64,000 bases of DNA. Source: Octopus vulgaris. Its lineage: Eukaryota. How positions within the stretch are numbered: the stretch's first letter is position 1; each line of letters begins with the position of its first letter. A program made the translations under genes and the position numbers. Where the stretch lies: positions 187,054,001 through 187,118,000 of the forward strand of contig OX597815.1 in NCBI GenBank assembly GCA_951406725.2, written 5' to 3'. The notes beneath the pieces are model-generated. The model was not told where the DNA came from. It searched no databases and saw nothing but the letters and a program-made list of their open reading frames with translations. This document shows, in pieces, positions 27,500 through 39,129 of the stretch.

Positions 27500-29421
27500 T
27501 ACATATATACGACGGGCTTTTTTCAGTTTCTATCTACCAAATCCACTCACAAGGCTTTGGTCGGCCCGAGGCTATAGTAGAAGACACTTGCCCAAGGTAC
27601 CACACAGCAGGACTGAACCCAGAACCATGTGGTTGGTAAGCAAGCTACTTACCACACAGCCACTCCTGCGCCTATTATTCAGTTTTATTTCAAGATTTCT
27701 TGCCAACAGAGAAAGAGCCGGTTTCTAACCTAGATCCAAAGCGTCTTCATTGGAATTTCAACAACATCAACACAGTATTTTTCTATATATGTATATATAT
27801 GAATACAGTGTATACTTAAACACATAAGAAATGACCATCATAGGACACCTAACATGCTAGAAGGAGTAGTCAAAATCCAAACCACTATTAGGGGTAATTT
27901 CAAAAGGAATGAAAAATAAAAACATTTACCATCTTTCTCCTGGACCATGGTTTATTTGCTAATTAGAGTTCGAAACCATGGTCCAGGAGAAAGATGGTAG
28001 ATGTTTTTATTCTTCATTTCCTTCAAAATTACCCCTAATAGTGGTTTGGATTTTGACTACTCCTTCTAGCATGTTAAGTGTCCTATTATGGTCATCTCAT
28101 GTGTTTAAATGTACACTGTATTTATATACATACATATATAGTCTATTGACTAGTTTTCTACATGCTAGGCCACTGGTAGTAAAAATTTCTAAAATTTTTC
28201 CTCCTCTGATATTTATTATGTACGTATATGTGCAGATTTGTACAAGGTCTGATCAATAAGTATCCGGATTGTTGCCATAGTATCGAAGCTAAAGCATACA
28301 GAGTGAAGCTGCTTGGCACAGATTGACCTTGAACCTTGCTGTGCATGTGGACTAAGTTTTAATGTTCTAGCTTACTTCTGCTGTTTACAGCAGTGCTTGG
28401 AAGGAAGGTGTGTAGTGTGTAATCGTCACATTTACCATGACAGAGAAAGTTGTCATGGCAATACCTGCTCAGAGGCCTACACAAAGTTGCAGAAAGTGTA
28501 TGGAGAGGAATGTCTGGTCTGGTAACGATTCTTATTTCTTTATTGCCCACAAGGGGCTAAACATAGAGGGGACAAACAAGGACAGACAAAGGGATTAAGT
28601 CGATTAGATCGACCCTAGTGCGTAACTGGTACTTAATTTATCGACCCCCAAAAGGATGAAAGGCAAAGTCGACCTCGGCAGAATTTGAACTCAGACCGTA
28701 GCGGCAGACGAAATACGGCTACGCATTTCGCCCGGCGTGCTAACGATTCTGCCAGCTCACCGATTCTGCCAAAGATTGAACCACGTCTACTACTGTTTGC
28801 CCACATAGGCCAAGATTAAATTAAAATAATATCAATCATTGAGTTAATGCTTTATTCTCTTCACCATGTAAGTGTTTTTTTCATATTATAGTTTTTACAT
28901 CTCTTTTACATCTGCTAGCATGAGTTTGATGAGTATGTTAACAAGGCATTGTTTTACAGCCAGATTCCCCCCCTATCACTGATCCTTACTGGTTTTCCAA
29001 GCGAGGCATCTCTTATTCCATATGATTTTGAAGACATGGAATGAGTGTTTCCAATCTTTCATGTAAACATGTCTGGTCATGGTGAAATATTACCTTATTT
29101 GGAAACAGGTGTGGGTTGGTGACAGGGAGAGCATACAGCTTTGAAAATCTTTTTACATTACATTATTTTGAAATATTTTTTTATTCAATTTTCAATTTAG
29201 GTTATCACCGATATGTGTTTATGTTATACAAGCAGTCGAAAGGAAAAATGGAATTTAGAGGAGAAAGAAGAATTAATAATCGCACCTCAGACGGTCGTAA
29301 AGCTTACAACTTGATGGATTTTGCAAGAAAACACTCTCTGGTTGAACCTGTTTATGGTAATTTCTTCCAATCAGAATGGGATGAATCTGTTCCAAAGGTT
29401 TATGAGCAAATGAAGATGTAA
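12481..29421 (+). CDS. PEBP: PEBP/RKIP-family protein, O-crystallin-like; 4 exons join(12481..12549,14922..15042,23384..23521,29201..29421), 182 aa
   Basis: Manually spliced at GT..AG junctions: 69+121+138+221=549 nt, open frame. Protein: MEAFSVHGLVGKIIDRVPQKQLSIRYGNTEVHPGMNLTPSMTKHQPHIKFEAEANSYYTLIMNDADFPSHSDQKMSEFQHWLIVNIPGSDLSRGDVLTEYVGPLPNKGSGYHRYVFMLYKQSKGKMEFRGERRINNRTSDGRKAYNLMDFARKHSLVEPVYGNFFQSEWDESVPKVYEQMKM. PEBP hallmarks: YTLIMxDxDxP, HWLxVNIPG, YVGPxP, GxHRYVF, PVxGNFFQxEWD. The O-crystallin call is from memory of the published octopus lens protein. Confidence 0.93.
13732..14017. mobile_element. Penelope-like pLTR fragment with inverted partial duplication (gene 1 intron 1)
   Basis: ~75-bp inverted arms (13786-13860 vs ~13946-14020); flanking 12-bp direct repeat TATTCACTCTAT (13720-13731, 14018-14029); hammerhead-like core on the minus strand at 13892-13918; related copies at ~41040-41700 and ~43375-43460. 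Confidence 0.6.
14922..15042 (+). CDS. PEBP: PEBP gene 1, exon 2 (IRYGNTEVHPGMNLTP...YYTLIMN)
   Basis: Pyrimidine/T-rich tract with TTAG acceptor ending 14921; donor GTAAGT at 15043; 121 nt; typical PEBP 'PG..LTP..T...P' and 'YTLIM' motifs. Confidence 0.92.
15897..16195 (+). mobile_element. tRNA-derived SINE family C, representative copy
   Basis: GTGGAGGCACAATGGCCCAGTGGTTA...GTTTCAATTCCC...ATGGACTGG.GTCCCGTCCAGCTGGGG. Other copies at approx. 1-75, 3859-4158, 20328-20492, 48153-48450, 53087-53335. Confidence 0.8.
18655..19064 (-). mobile_element. Non-autonomous Helitron (related subfamily)
   Basis: Minus strand: TC start, hairpin CCGGGTGAAACCGGG, terminal CTAG. Confidence 0.65.
19949..20170. 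mobile_element. piggyBac-like MITE (family A)
   Basis: TTAA|CCCTTTAG ... CTAAAGGG|TTAA; opposite-orientation copies at ~128-270, ~17130-17355 and 50738-51366. Confidence 0.7.
20880..21270 (+). pseudogene. hAT transposase C-terminal dimerisation-domain remnant
   Basis: Frameshifted translation resembling 'NL..AL......T....ERSFS.LKLIK..LRST...DR.N.MAI.S.E'. Confidence 0.55.
23384..23521 (+). CDS. PEBP: PEBP gene 1, exon 3 (DADFPSHSDQKMSEFQHWLIVNIPG...YVGPLPNKGSG)
   Basis: Acceptor AAG ending 23383; donor GTAAAT at 23522; 138 nt; lies within ORF 23326..23664. Confidence 0.93.
23715..24148. mobile_element. Two tandem copies of a piggyBac-like MITE (family B) in gene 1 intron 3
   Basis: Two ~210-bp units (ataccaaccc...ctctgtagta...acacagagcatctcaacagaaata...aaaggg/tttaa) with CCCTTT/AAAGGG-TTAA style ends. 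Confidence 0.6.
27783..28141. repeat. Long imperfect palindrome (~170-bp arms, ~20-bp spacer), gene 1 intron 3
   Basis: ...ccatctttctcctggaccatggttt [spacer] aaaccatggtccaggagaaagatgg..., with arms extending to TA-rich ends. Confidence 0.9.
29201..29421 (+). CDS. PEBP: PEBP gene 1, terminal exon 4 (GYHRYVFMLYKQ...EWDESVPKVYEQMKM*)
   Basis: Acceptor TTTAG ending 29200; GxHRY motif; stop TAA at 29419-29421; lies within ORF 29116..29421. Confidence 0.93.
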
Positions 29422-29586
29422 GAAAAGTACTAAAATGAACGTTGGATTTCCCAAATATAAATTTTATAAACTCTTCCAGATAAATTATATCTCTTAAAGC
29501 TGTAACCTTTTGCACAAGGAAATCACAACAGTTTGTCAAATATAAGTTTGTCAAGATGAAATATATTTTCATTTCTTCTCTTGCAC

Positions 29587-29592
29587 AATAAA
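29587..29592 (+). terminator. Putative polyadenylation signal of PEBP gene 1
   Basis: AATAAA about 165 nt after the stop, followed by a T/GT-rich downstream segment (ttgttttactctgtgttat). Confidence 0.55.
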
Positions 29593-30749
29593 AAGGTTTC
29601 CCTTGTTTTACTCTGTGTTATCATTCTTTGCTTTATTATTGTCATTATTAACTGTAATATATTCTTTTCTGCTCTAGGCACAATTCCTGAAATTTTGGGG
29701 GGCTGGGGGGCAGTCGATTAAGTACCAGTATGCATACTGGTACTTAATTTATTGACCCCCGGAAGGATGAAAGGCAAAGTTGACCTCGGTGGAATCTCAA
29801 CTCAGAACGTAAAGACATACGAAATACCACTAAGTATTTGAACCAGCCTGCTAACCTTTCTGCCAGCTCGCCAACTTGTGCCTGAATAGTCTTTTCTACT
29901 CTAGGTACAAGGCCCACAATTTTTTTTTGGTGGGTGGGGCAGTCGATTAGGTCGACCCCAGTATGCAACTAATACTTAATTTATTGACCCCAAAAGGATG
30001 AAAAGCAAAGTCGACCTTGGTGGAATTTGAAATCAGAATGCAAAGACTGATGAAATACCACTTAGCGTTTTGCCCAGCGTGCTAACATTTCTGCCAGCTC
30101 ACCGCCTTTTTAATTGTAATATATTCTTTTCTACTGTAGGCACAAGGCCTGAAATTTTGGGAGAGGAGGCCAGTCGATTAGATTGACCCCAGTGCGCAAC
30201 TGGTACTTAATTTATCGACTCTGAAAGGATAAAAGGCAAAAATTAACCTTGGTGGAATTTGAACTCAGAGCATTAAGACAGGTGAAATACTGCTAAGCAT
30301 TTCATCCGGTGTGCTAACATTTCTGCCAGCTCGCCACCTTTTTGATTGTAATTAATTTTAATTGTATTAAGGCAGTGAGCTGGCCGAATTATTAGCATGT
30401 TGGGCAAAATGCTTGATGGCATTTCGTTTGTCTTTACATTTCGAGTTCAAATTCTGCTAAGGTTGGCTTTGCTTTTCATCCTTTCAGGGTCAAAACTTCA
30501 TGGCTTTTGGGAAAAGTTCATGGCTTTGGGTAAAAAAAAAAGTACAGAAGGATCAGTAAATTATGATTTATTCAACATATTCTCCTTACAGGCTCACACA
30601 GCAGTCCTTCAGATTTTCTAAGCGTTGTAAACGAACTCCAGAAGACTGGGATCCAACCAGGCCTTCCACAATACCCTTTAAACCAGGAACTTTTCAGCAT
30701 GCCCGCATATATATGTACATATACATATCTATATCTAAATATATATATC

Positions 30750-30808
<59 letters not shown>

Positions 30809-30880
30809 AGAGTTTACGGAAAAAACAAAAGACGAAGACAGGTGTTGTACAAAACAAACAGATGTATTAGTATAACGCTC

Positions 30881-30914
<34 letters not shown>

Positions 30915-30990
30915 GCAGCGTGGAAGGTGTTTGTAAGCCATTTAAGAAACACACAAAAGCCGTTCAATTCACTTCAACATTTAAGTTTAA

Positions 30991-31040
30991 TTTGTCAAAA
31001 TATTTTCGGCGCTAAAATCCGCGAACTGTTCACTGACAAA
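30991..31040 (-). ncRNA. Candidate minimal type-I hammerhead ribozyme (G3-C8 variant), Penelope pLTR-type
   Basis: Minus strand TTTGTCA-GTGAACA-G-TTCGC-GGATTTTA-GCGCC-GAAA-ATAT-TT-TGACAAA: 7-bp stem I, palindromic stem III loop, stem II partly decayed. Confidence 0.5.
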
Positions 31041-31177
31041 AATCCGTGCTGCATCACAATTGGAACAGCTCCATATAAGAAGGGGAGATAATCTCAAGTC
31101 TCAAGAAGTCTCTAAAACTGACATATCATTAAGGAAAAGAACTGGCTTATCGTCTAGAGATTGAGAATATAAAATAA

Positions 31178-31208
31178 TACATGTTTCTGCCTCAGTAGGC
31201 ATCATCAG
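31178..31208 (-). ncRNA. Candidate minimal hammerhead core (canonical CUGAUGA)
   Basis: Minus strand CTGATGA-TGCC-TACTGA-GGCA-GAAA-CATG-TA; stem I degenerate; second copy at 32313-32343 (CTGAAGA...GAAA-CATG-TC). Confidence 0.5.
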
Positions 31209-31822
31209 CATAACAAGTGTCCTAACCAATCTCCAGCAGCCAAGGGGCATAGACATTATATAAAAAATGTAGAATATATTTATGGCATTGGTAATTTCCA
31301 TAAATTGCACAAACATGAACTAAGGGAGATAACTCAGAATGGCCATTACCTTGCATGTGAATAACAGGTGCTCCATTGATTACGATGACGGGTTACAATT
31401 GATCTGACCAACACAACAGCCTGCTCATGAAATTAACACGCAAGTGGCTGAGTACTTTACCGACTCACTTAACCTTAACGTACTTCTCGGTGTTAGGTAC
31501 CAACTGTGAATAACAGGTACTATTCATTTTTGCCAGCTGAGTGAACTGGAGCAACTTGAAGTAAAGCGTATTAATCAAGGGGTCAATACACCACCAGGAA
31601 TTGAACTCTTGATCTCATGACTGTAAGCTGAATACCCTAACCACTAAGCCATGTGCCTTCACAACAGACAAATACAGACATGATCAATACCATAGCACAT
31701 AAATTCTTGATTTATTAAAACTATCTCTGCCAAAGGCGGATGTGTCCGAATTAACAACTGATACCTGAGAACAGCTCCATATAAGAAGGGGAGATGATCT
31801 GAAGATTCAAGAATTTTTCCAA

Positions 31823-31982
31823 GGCGCAGGAGTGGCTGTGTGGTAAGTAGCTTGCTTACCAACCACATGGCTCTGGGTTCAGTCCCACTGCATGGCACCT
31901 TGGGCTAGTGTCTTCTACTATAGCCTCGGGCCGACCAAAGCCTTGTGAGAGGATTTGGTAGACGGAAACTGAAAGAATCCTG

Positions 31983-32025
<43 letters not shown>

Positions 32026-32240
32026 TGTGTTTGTGTGTCTGTGTTTGTCCCCCAAACATCGCTTGACAACCGATGCTGGTGTGTTTACATCCCCGTAACT
32101 TAGTGGTTCGGCAAAAGAGACCGAAAGAATAAGTACTAGGCTTACAAAGAATAAGTCCTGGGATCGATTTGCTCGACGAAAGGCAGTGCTCCAGCATTGG
32201 CCGCAGTCAAATGACTGAAGCAAGTAAAAGAGTAAAAGAC
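31823..32240 (+). mobile_element. tRNA-derived SINE family B with internal (TA)n/(TG)n, representative copy
   Basis: GGCGCAGGAGTGGCTGTGTGGTAAG...GGTTCAGTCCC (A/B boxes)...GGCACCTTGGGC...tail GTAAAAGAGTAAAAGA. Other copies at approx. 11000-11405, 24500-24942(-), 25434-25842, 27250-27673(-), 33955-34400(-), 40405-40800(-), 41185-41520(-), 63730-64000. Confidence 0.85.
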
Positions 32241-32581
32241 TAAAGAGTATGCCATTAAGGAAAAGCAGAAAAGAACAGGCTTATCGTCTGGAGATAAGAG
32301 AACAGCTGTGGAGACATGTTTCTGTCTCAATAGGTGTCTTCAGCATGACAGTTGTCTTAATCTATCTCCAACAGCCAAGGGATTTTGTAGGCTTATACAA
32401 AATGAGTGGAACACATTTATAGCTTAGGTAACTTACCTAAATTAAAGAAAAAATCGAGCAAAGAGAAATAACTCAAAGTGACCAGTGGCATGTATATAAA
32501 CAACATAGACAAAATCTGGTATATATATATATATAAATATATATACATATATATATATATATATGTATGTATGTATGTATA

Positions 32582-32695
<114 letters not shown>

Positions 32696-32996
32696 GGGAG
32701 AGTTTACGAAAGAAAAAAAAAGACGAAGACAGGTGGTGTACAAAACAAACAGATGTATTAGTATAACACTCAGGAATAGAAAAAGTCTTTTACATTTCAA
32801 GCCTACGCTCTTCTACAGATAGGGACATAGAAAAAACGAGGAGAGAAAAAAAATGTGTGTAGTGGCTAACGATCTATCATGCCGACTATATATATATATA
32901 TATATGGCCTCATGGAGCTAATCAACGGCAGCATTGGTCCTATTTTTCTGGACTGCCATTTTAGCTTGTCGATAACTATTAATATATATATATATA

Positions 32997-33299
32997 CTAG
33001 CAGTATCGCCCGGCGTTGCTCGAGTTTGTAAGGGAAATAACTATATAAGCATTTTTAGAGAGTTACTTCCCTTATATAAACCAAGCAAAAAATGCATTAA
33101 AAATGCAGGAAAATGATGGTAAATTTTGTTTTTAAATCGTAGACTCATCGTAGACGCGCACTAATACCCAGAAGGGCTCGATATGAATCATGACTATAAG
33201 ATACCCGCTTTTGGTTAAACTGCACCGCAAAATGTGGGAGTAAGGAATCTAAATCGGAGTAGACAGACACACACACAACTTCAGTTTTATATATAAAGA
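32997..33299 (-). mobile_element. Non-autonomous Helitron
   Basis: Same termini as the 8533 copy (ctagcagtatcgcccggcgttgctcg ... acaacttcagttttatatataaaga) but a different interior. Confidence 0.75.
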
Positions 33300-33561
33300 T
33301 ATATTAATAAACATATACAGAGAGAGAGAGAGAGAGAGATGAAAAGTGGTGAGGAGTCCATACAAATCAAAAATTATTGTTTAAAAAAATGTAAATAAAG
33401 TTGGAAAAGGCACAGAAGTATATTTTAGAGAATGTTTAGTAAAATATAACTGGTTTTGATGCATCCATCTTAACAAATATTAGAAATATTAGAAAGAATT
33501 TTCAGGAGAGTCAAAGAGAAAAAACATTTTTTGGAGGGTTTAGCAGTTTGTACCTATATTG

Positions 33562-33602
<41 letters not shown>

Positions 33603-34186
33603 CTGGTCAGAACTACTGGCCACATCCCCTCAACAGAAAAAAGGATTTAAAAAAAAATACTTTGACCATATATCCCAAACACACATGCAGCAAAACAAAT
33701 GGCAAATAATTCCACCCAAATTCTCTGAACAACCATCCTCAAAAAACATTTAGCCATTTTTCTCTCAATAGAAAAATGATAAAAAGAAAAGTGTTTTTGG
33801 CAATATGCTCTCACACAGCTGGCTAAACTATGAATAACAAGCTTCCCATTCAATTCAAAAAGACTTCCTGAAACTTGAACTCTTGAACCATCCCCCCACT
33901 CCGAACCTACAGACAAAACATTTATAAGAGAATGACTGACAGCAAAATTCCAATATACTCTTTACTTGTTTCAGGCATATGACTGTGGCCATGCTGGAGC
34001 ACCGCCCTTAGTCGAGCAAATCGACCCCAGGACTTATTCTTTGTAAGACTAGTACTTATTCTATCGGCCACTTTTGCCGAACCGCTAAGTTACGGGGACA
34101 CAAACACACTAGCATCAGTTGTCAAGCGATGTTGGGGGGACAAACACAGACACACAAACATATACACACACATACATATACATACA

Positions 34187-34222
<36 letters not shown>

Positions 34223-34680
34223 TATATATACATATATACGATGGGCTTCTTTCAGTTTCTGTTTACCAAATCCACTCACAAGGCTTTGGTCGGCCCGAGG
34301 CTATAGTAGAAGACACTTGACCAAGGTGCCACGCAGTGGGACTGAACCCGGAACCATGTGGTTCGTAAGCAAGCAACTTACCACACAGCCACTCCTACGT
34401 CTATGGGAGCAATATGGGTACAAACTGTTAAAACCCCCAAAAATATTTTATTTTCTCTCTGACTCCCCAGGAGGAAATGTGAAGAAGAGAAGAGATGTAG
34501 ATTGGTTTGTTGGGGTAGGGTGTGTGAAAAGTTTTCTTGTTACATGTGGATGGAAGACACAGATCGGAGGGGGGGGGGGGGGCTAGCAGATAGCAATGAT
34601 ACATCGAGGCAGGGCATGAGACAGGGCCAAGAGGACAGGATTTGGTAATTAGAGGTAAGCTTAGTGCATATACATATATA

Positions 34681-36151
34681 CAGGGGTTGGACAAAATAAT
34701 GGAAACACCTTAAAATTTCAAACAAATTTATTTCAATATGGTGTAGGACCACCTTCGGCAGTAATTACATCTTGAATTCTATGAGGTATGGACTAATAAA
34801 AAGTTTGAATTGTTTCCAAAGGAATTTTTGTCCATTCTTCAGCTAAAAGAGTCTCCAGATTTTGTAGTGATGATGGTGGAGGATATCGACTCCTTACTTG
34901 TTTTTTCTAAAATGCATCATAAATCATCATCATCATCATCATCATAATCGTTTAACGTCCGTTCTCCATGCTAGCATGGGTTGGACGGTTCGACCGGGGA
35001 TCTGGGAAGCCAGAAGGCTGCACCAGGCTCCAGTCTTATCTGGCAATGTTTCTACAGCTGGATGCCCTTCCTAACGCCAACCACTCCGTGAGTGTAGTGG
35101 GTGCTTTTTACGTGCCACCTGCACAGTTGTTCAATAATATTGAGATCTGGGGACTGTGGTGGCCAGATAAGATGTTCAACTTCACTAGAATGTTCCTCGT
35201 GCCATTCAGTAATAACTTTAGTTGTGTGAATTGGTGCATTATCATCCTGAAAGATTGTGCTTCTTTCCAGAAACAATTCTGCAACCATAGGATGAATATG
35301 ATCAGATAAAATGCTTAGTCTTGACAATTAATTCTACTGTGAAGGGAAACCATTGGGCCAGTGGATTTCCAAGTTATAGCCCCACCAGATCATCACAGAT
35401 CCTCCCCCATGTTTAACAGTTGGAAGAAGGCAGTCTGGGTCAAATGCTTCTTTTGGCTGTCTCTACACATATACTCAGCTGTTGGTCAGAAATAAGGTAA
35501 AGGGTGACTTGTCCAAGAAAATAACATTCTTCCACTGCTCTAGGAACAAATTCTATAAGTTTTTACTCCACTCTAAACACTTTGCAACATTTATTTTTGA
35601 AAGTAGCGGTTTTGTGATTGCAGCCCTCCTGTGAAATCCGGCTTTGTGCAGCTACTGGCAAACAGATTTTGCAGAAACTGGCTTCTCAAGTTGGTCATTA
35701 AATTCTGAAGTAATTTTGGGAGCTATACATTTGTGATCCTTTTTAACAATTTGCGTAAGAATCTGACAGTCCCTATCTGAAAGTTTTGGTTTTCTTCCTG
35801 AGTTTTGTTTTAACGAAGAGGTTTTTCCCTCTTTCTCAAAGGCTGTCATTACTTTTGAGACAGTACTTCTTGATACACCAAACATTTCAGCTGTTTTCAT
35901 TTCACTAGTACCTGTCATACAAGCACCAACAATTTGACCTCTTTGAAAGTCCAATAGGTCTGTGATTTTAATGAATTTTAATTACTTTTTTCTAATGATA
36001 TCTGAAAAGAAACAGCAATTTTAGCAAAACATATTAAGCAACACTAATAATAAATAAAAAAACATAAAAATAAACAACTTTTTGACGGTATTATAGATAT
36101 TTCAAAATTATGATGCTATGATGCTAGGTGTTTCCATTATTTTGTCCAACC

Positions 36152-36155
<4 letters not shown>
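34681..36155 (-). mobile_element. Tc1-family DNA transposon, defective (SINE fragment inserted at ~34922-35124)
   Basis: Perfect 30-bp TIRs CAGGGGTTGGACAAAATAATGGAAACACCT (34681-34710 and 36126-36155), preceded by TA. Minus-strand transposase pieces: HTH region 'FQRGQIVG...AEMFGVSRSTVSKV...SGRKPKLSDRD' (35652-35954) and catalytic region 'IFQDDNAPIH...WPPQSPDLNIIE' (DD34E type); stops and frameshifts present. Confidence 0.92.
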
Positions 36156-36193
<38 letters not shown>

Positions 36194-36226
36194 GATGAAT
36201 AAATAAATAAATGGAGTTGAACAAAG

Positions 36227-36264
<38 letters not shown>

Positions 36265-36277
36265 ATGTGTGTATGTA

Positions 36278-36308
<31 letters not shown>

Positions 36309-36492
36309 GTATGTATGTATGTATGCATGTATGTATGTATGTATGTATGTATGTATGTATGTATGTATGTATGTATGTATGTATGTATGTATGTATGTAT
36401 GTATGTATGCATGTATGTATTTATGCATGTATGTATGTATGTAAATGTGTGTGTGTGTGTATATATATGTATGTGTGTGTGTGTGTGTGTGT
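36154..36492. repeat. (TG)n/(TA)n/(TATG)n compound microsatellite
   Basis: Direct inspection; similar tracts at 30710-30910, 32520-32695, 57830-58290 and 62700-63210. Confidence 0.95.
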
Positions 36493-36879
36493 ACATTCAT
36501 GCTACAGGTGCCTGGGCATTGATGAAAATATATCATACAAGGGTTATGTGAATGAAGATAGAGTGACCCAAGAATATTATGCCAAACTATATTTCATCTG
36601 TCTTCAAGTTCTGAGTTCAAATGCTGCTGGGGTCAACTTTGCCTTTCATCCTTTCAGGGTCGACAAATTAAGTACCGGTGAAACACTGGGGTCAACACAA
36701 TCAACTTACCCCCTCCCACAGAATTTCAGGCCTTGTGCTTATAGAAGAAAGGAATATTATGCCAAACTTAGAAAAATATGATAGTCACAGTTCTTCTCTT
36801 GTAATAAGGCAATATTTCACAATGCATTTGCAGTACCAGTGCTGATTCCAACATTTTGGATACCTGACTGGTCTGTAGA

Positions 36880-37190
36880 GGAAACGAAGGAATCTATGCC
36901 ATAGATGTTAAAATCTGCAAGATACTGACATCAACTGGAAATCACAGCAATAGCGATATCGACAGACATTACCTAAGAAGTGATGAAGGAGGTAGAAGCA
37001 TAAAATCAGTGCAGATAGACTTTGAATGTCATATAATCTCTCTCAGACATCACTTCCTTAAACATCAGCAACAAAAATAAATACATTAACTTAGTGTTGA
37101 GAAGCGAAGAGAACAATATTAGCAGAGAGCTTCTCAGGAAGCACTCTCTTCCTGCAGATCTCCCGTACAACCCCAAAACAGCCACCTTTG
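36880..37190 (+). mobile_element. Degenerate R4/Dong-like non-LTR RT fragment
   Basis: Translation 'HSNSDIDRHYLRSDEGGRSIKSV' resembles the H..SD.DRLY..R.EGGRGL motif; short and decayed. Confidence 0.4.
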
Positions 37191-37564
37191 CAAAACTTTG
37201 GCATTACTTTTGGTAAAAACTCTTGAATCATCATCATCATCGTTTAACATTATTTTGTTTAAATTGAAATTAATGGCCCAAATGATCAACGAACAAAATT
37301 TTATTATCAGTATCTAGTTCCATAACCATTATTTTCAATTACGGCCTGTATATGACAGACTTCTTTCAGGTTCTCTCTACCAAATCCACTTGCAAAGTTT
37401 TGGTTAACCTGGGGCTATAATAGAAGATACTCGCTCAAGATCTCTGCAATGGGATAACACAGAACTATATGACTAGGAATCAAACTTGTAAACCAGCCAT
37501 GCTTGCACCTGTCACCCTTAAACTTTCCACAAGGACACACGGTATTTATTTCATAAGACCTGCT

Positions 37565-38025
37565 TCATCGTCATCGTCATCATCGTTTAACGTCCGTTTT
37601 CCATGCTAGCACGGGTTGGATGGTTCGACCGGGGTCTGGGAAGCCAGGAGGCTGCACCAGGCTCCAGTCTGATCTGGCAGTGTTTCTACAGCTGGGTGCC
37701 CTTCCTAATGCCAACCACTCCGTGAGTGTAGTGGGTGCTTTTTATGTGCCACTGGCACAGGTGCCAGGGGAGACTGGCAAACGACCACGATCGGTTGTTG
37801 GTGCATTTACGTGTCACCGACATGGATGCCAGTCAGGTGGCACTAGCATCTGCCAAGTTCGGATGGTGCTTTTTATGTGCCACCAGCACAGGTGCCAGGG
37901 GAGACTGGCAATGGCCACGATCAGTTGGTGCGGTGCTATTTACGTGCCACCGGCACAGAAGCCAGTCAAGGTGGCACTGGCATTGGCCACGTTCGGATGG
38001 TGCTTTTTACGTGCCACTGGCACAG
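37565..38025 (-). mobile_element. SINE family D 3' part with (GAT)n tail and internal short tandem units
   Basis: Plus strand catcatcgtttaacgtccgttttccatgctagc...ggatgcccttcctaa.gccaaccactc, plus repeated gtgctttttacgtgccac.ggcac units. Related copies at approx. 5055-5345, 6530-6725, 9540-9750, 15595-15855, 17400-17793, 56260-56470, 62235-62545. Confidence 0.75.
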
Positions 38026-38330
38026 GAATGTTGTTTAGAAAGATTGGTAGAAGACTTAATGATGAATTCAATCTGCAGGGATATACTTATCTCTTTCTTT
38101 CTTTTTTTCTTTCTTTATTTATTGGAAAAAAATATATTTTTGAACGAGTGGAACAATAATAGATGGTGATGTTATAAAATCTTATAGAAAATTTATTGTC
38201 AAAATTGAATAATCTCGGTTGACATACTAAAACAGAAAATTTGAAAATTGCTGAAAGCTTCTATTTATTTATTTATTTATCATTATACTTTTTAGTTTGT
38301 TTTTTTTTTAATTTTTTATTTGAGACAAAA

Positions 38331-38383
38331 CAATAATAATAATGATGATAATAATAATAATGATGATGATGATGATGATGATG

Positions 38384-38427
<44 letters not shown>

Positions 38428-38431
38428 GATG

Positions 38432-38490
<59 letters not shown>

Positions 38491-38512
38491 TATAATGATG
38501 ATGATGATGATG

Positions 38513-38550
<38 letters not shown>

Positions 38551-38566
38551 GATGGTGATGATGATG

Positions 38567-38618
<52 letters not shown>

Positions 38619-38640
38619 TGATGATGATGATGATGATAAT
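38331..38640. repeat. Compound (AAT)n/(GAT)n microsatellite
   Basis: ~100 consecutive triplets, nearly all AAT or GAT, in alternating blocks. Confidence 0.97.
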
Positions 38641-39129
38641 TGAAAATTTTAAGAAATATTCTAATTATTTCTCTGTTAAATAATTTAATGAAATAATGCA
38701 GTGTGAAAAAAAACAGGTTGTAATAACAAAGAAAAAAAAAATTGAAATAAAAAGATTTCACCTTGAGATGGTTTGCAATAAGTTCTAAGAAAGATTTTTC
38801 ACAGGTTTATAATGAATGTTGATCTTCCCCCTGGGATATTATGGTGATATGAAAAAATTTTCAAAGAGATGAAGAAAAGCTTTAAGAAGGGAAAGGAAGA
38901 GGAAAAACATACAAATAGAAGAAGAAGAAGAAGAAGAAGAAAGGGGTAGTTTGAGAGGGTGGATGAAAGTAATATAAGATAGGAGGAAGCGATGGGGGAA
39001 GAAATAGAGGGAAAACTGAACAGCAGCCTAAAAGAGAAGAAAGATATTATTATTATTTAAGAAGATAAAGAAACGCTTTTTTCTCTCTTGTTCCAATGTG
39101 GGGGGGGGGGGGGTTTTACAGATTGTAAA

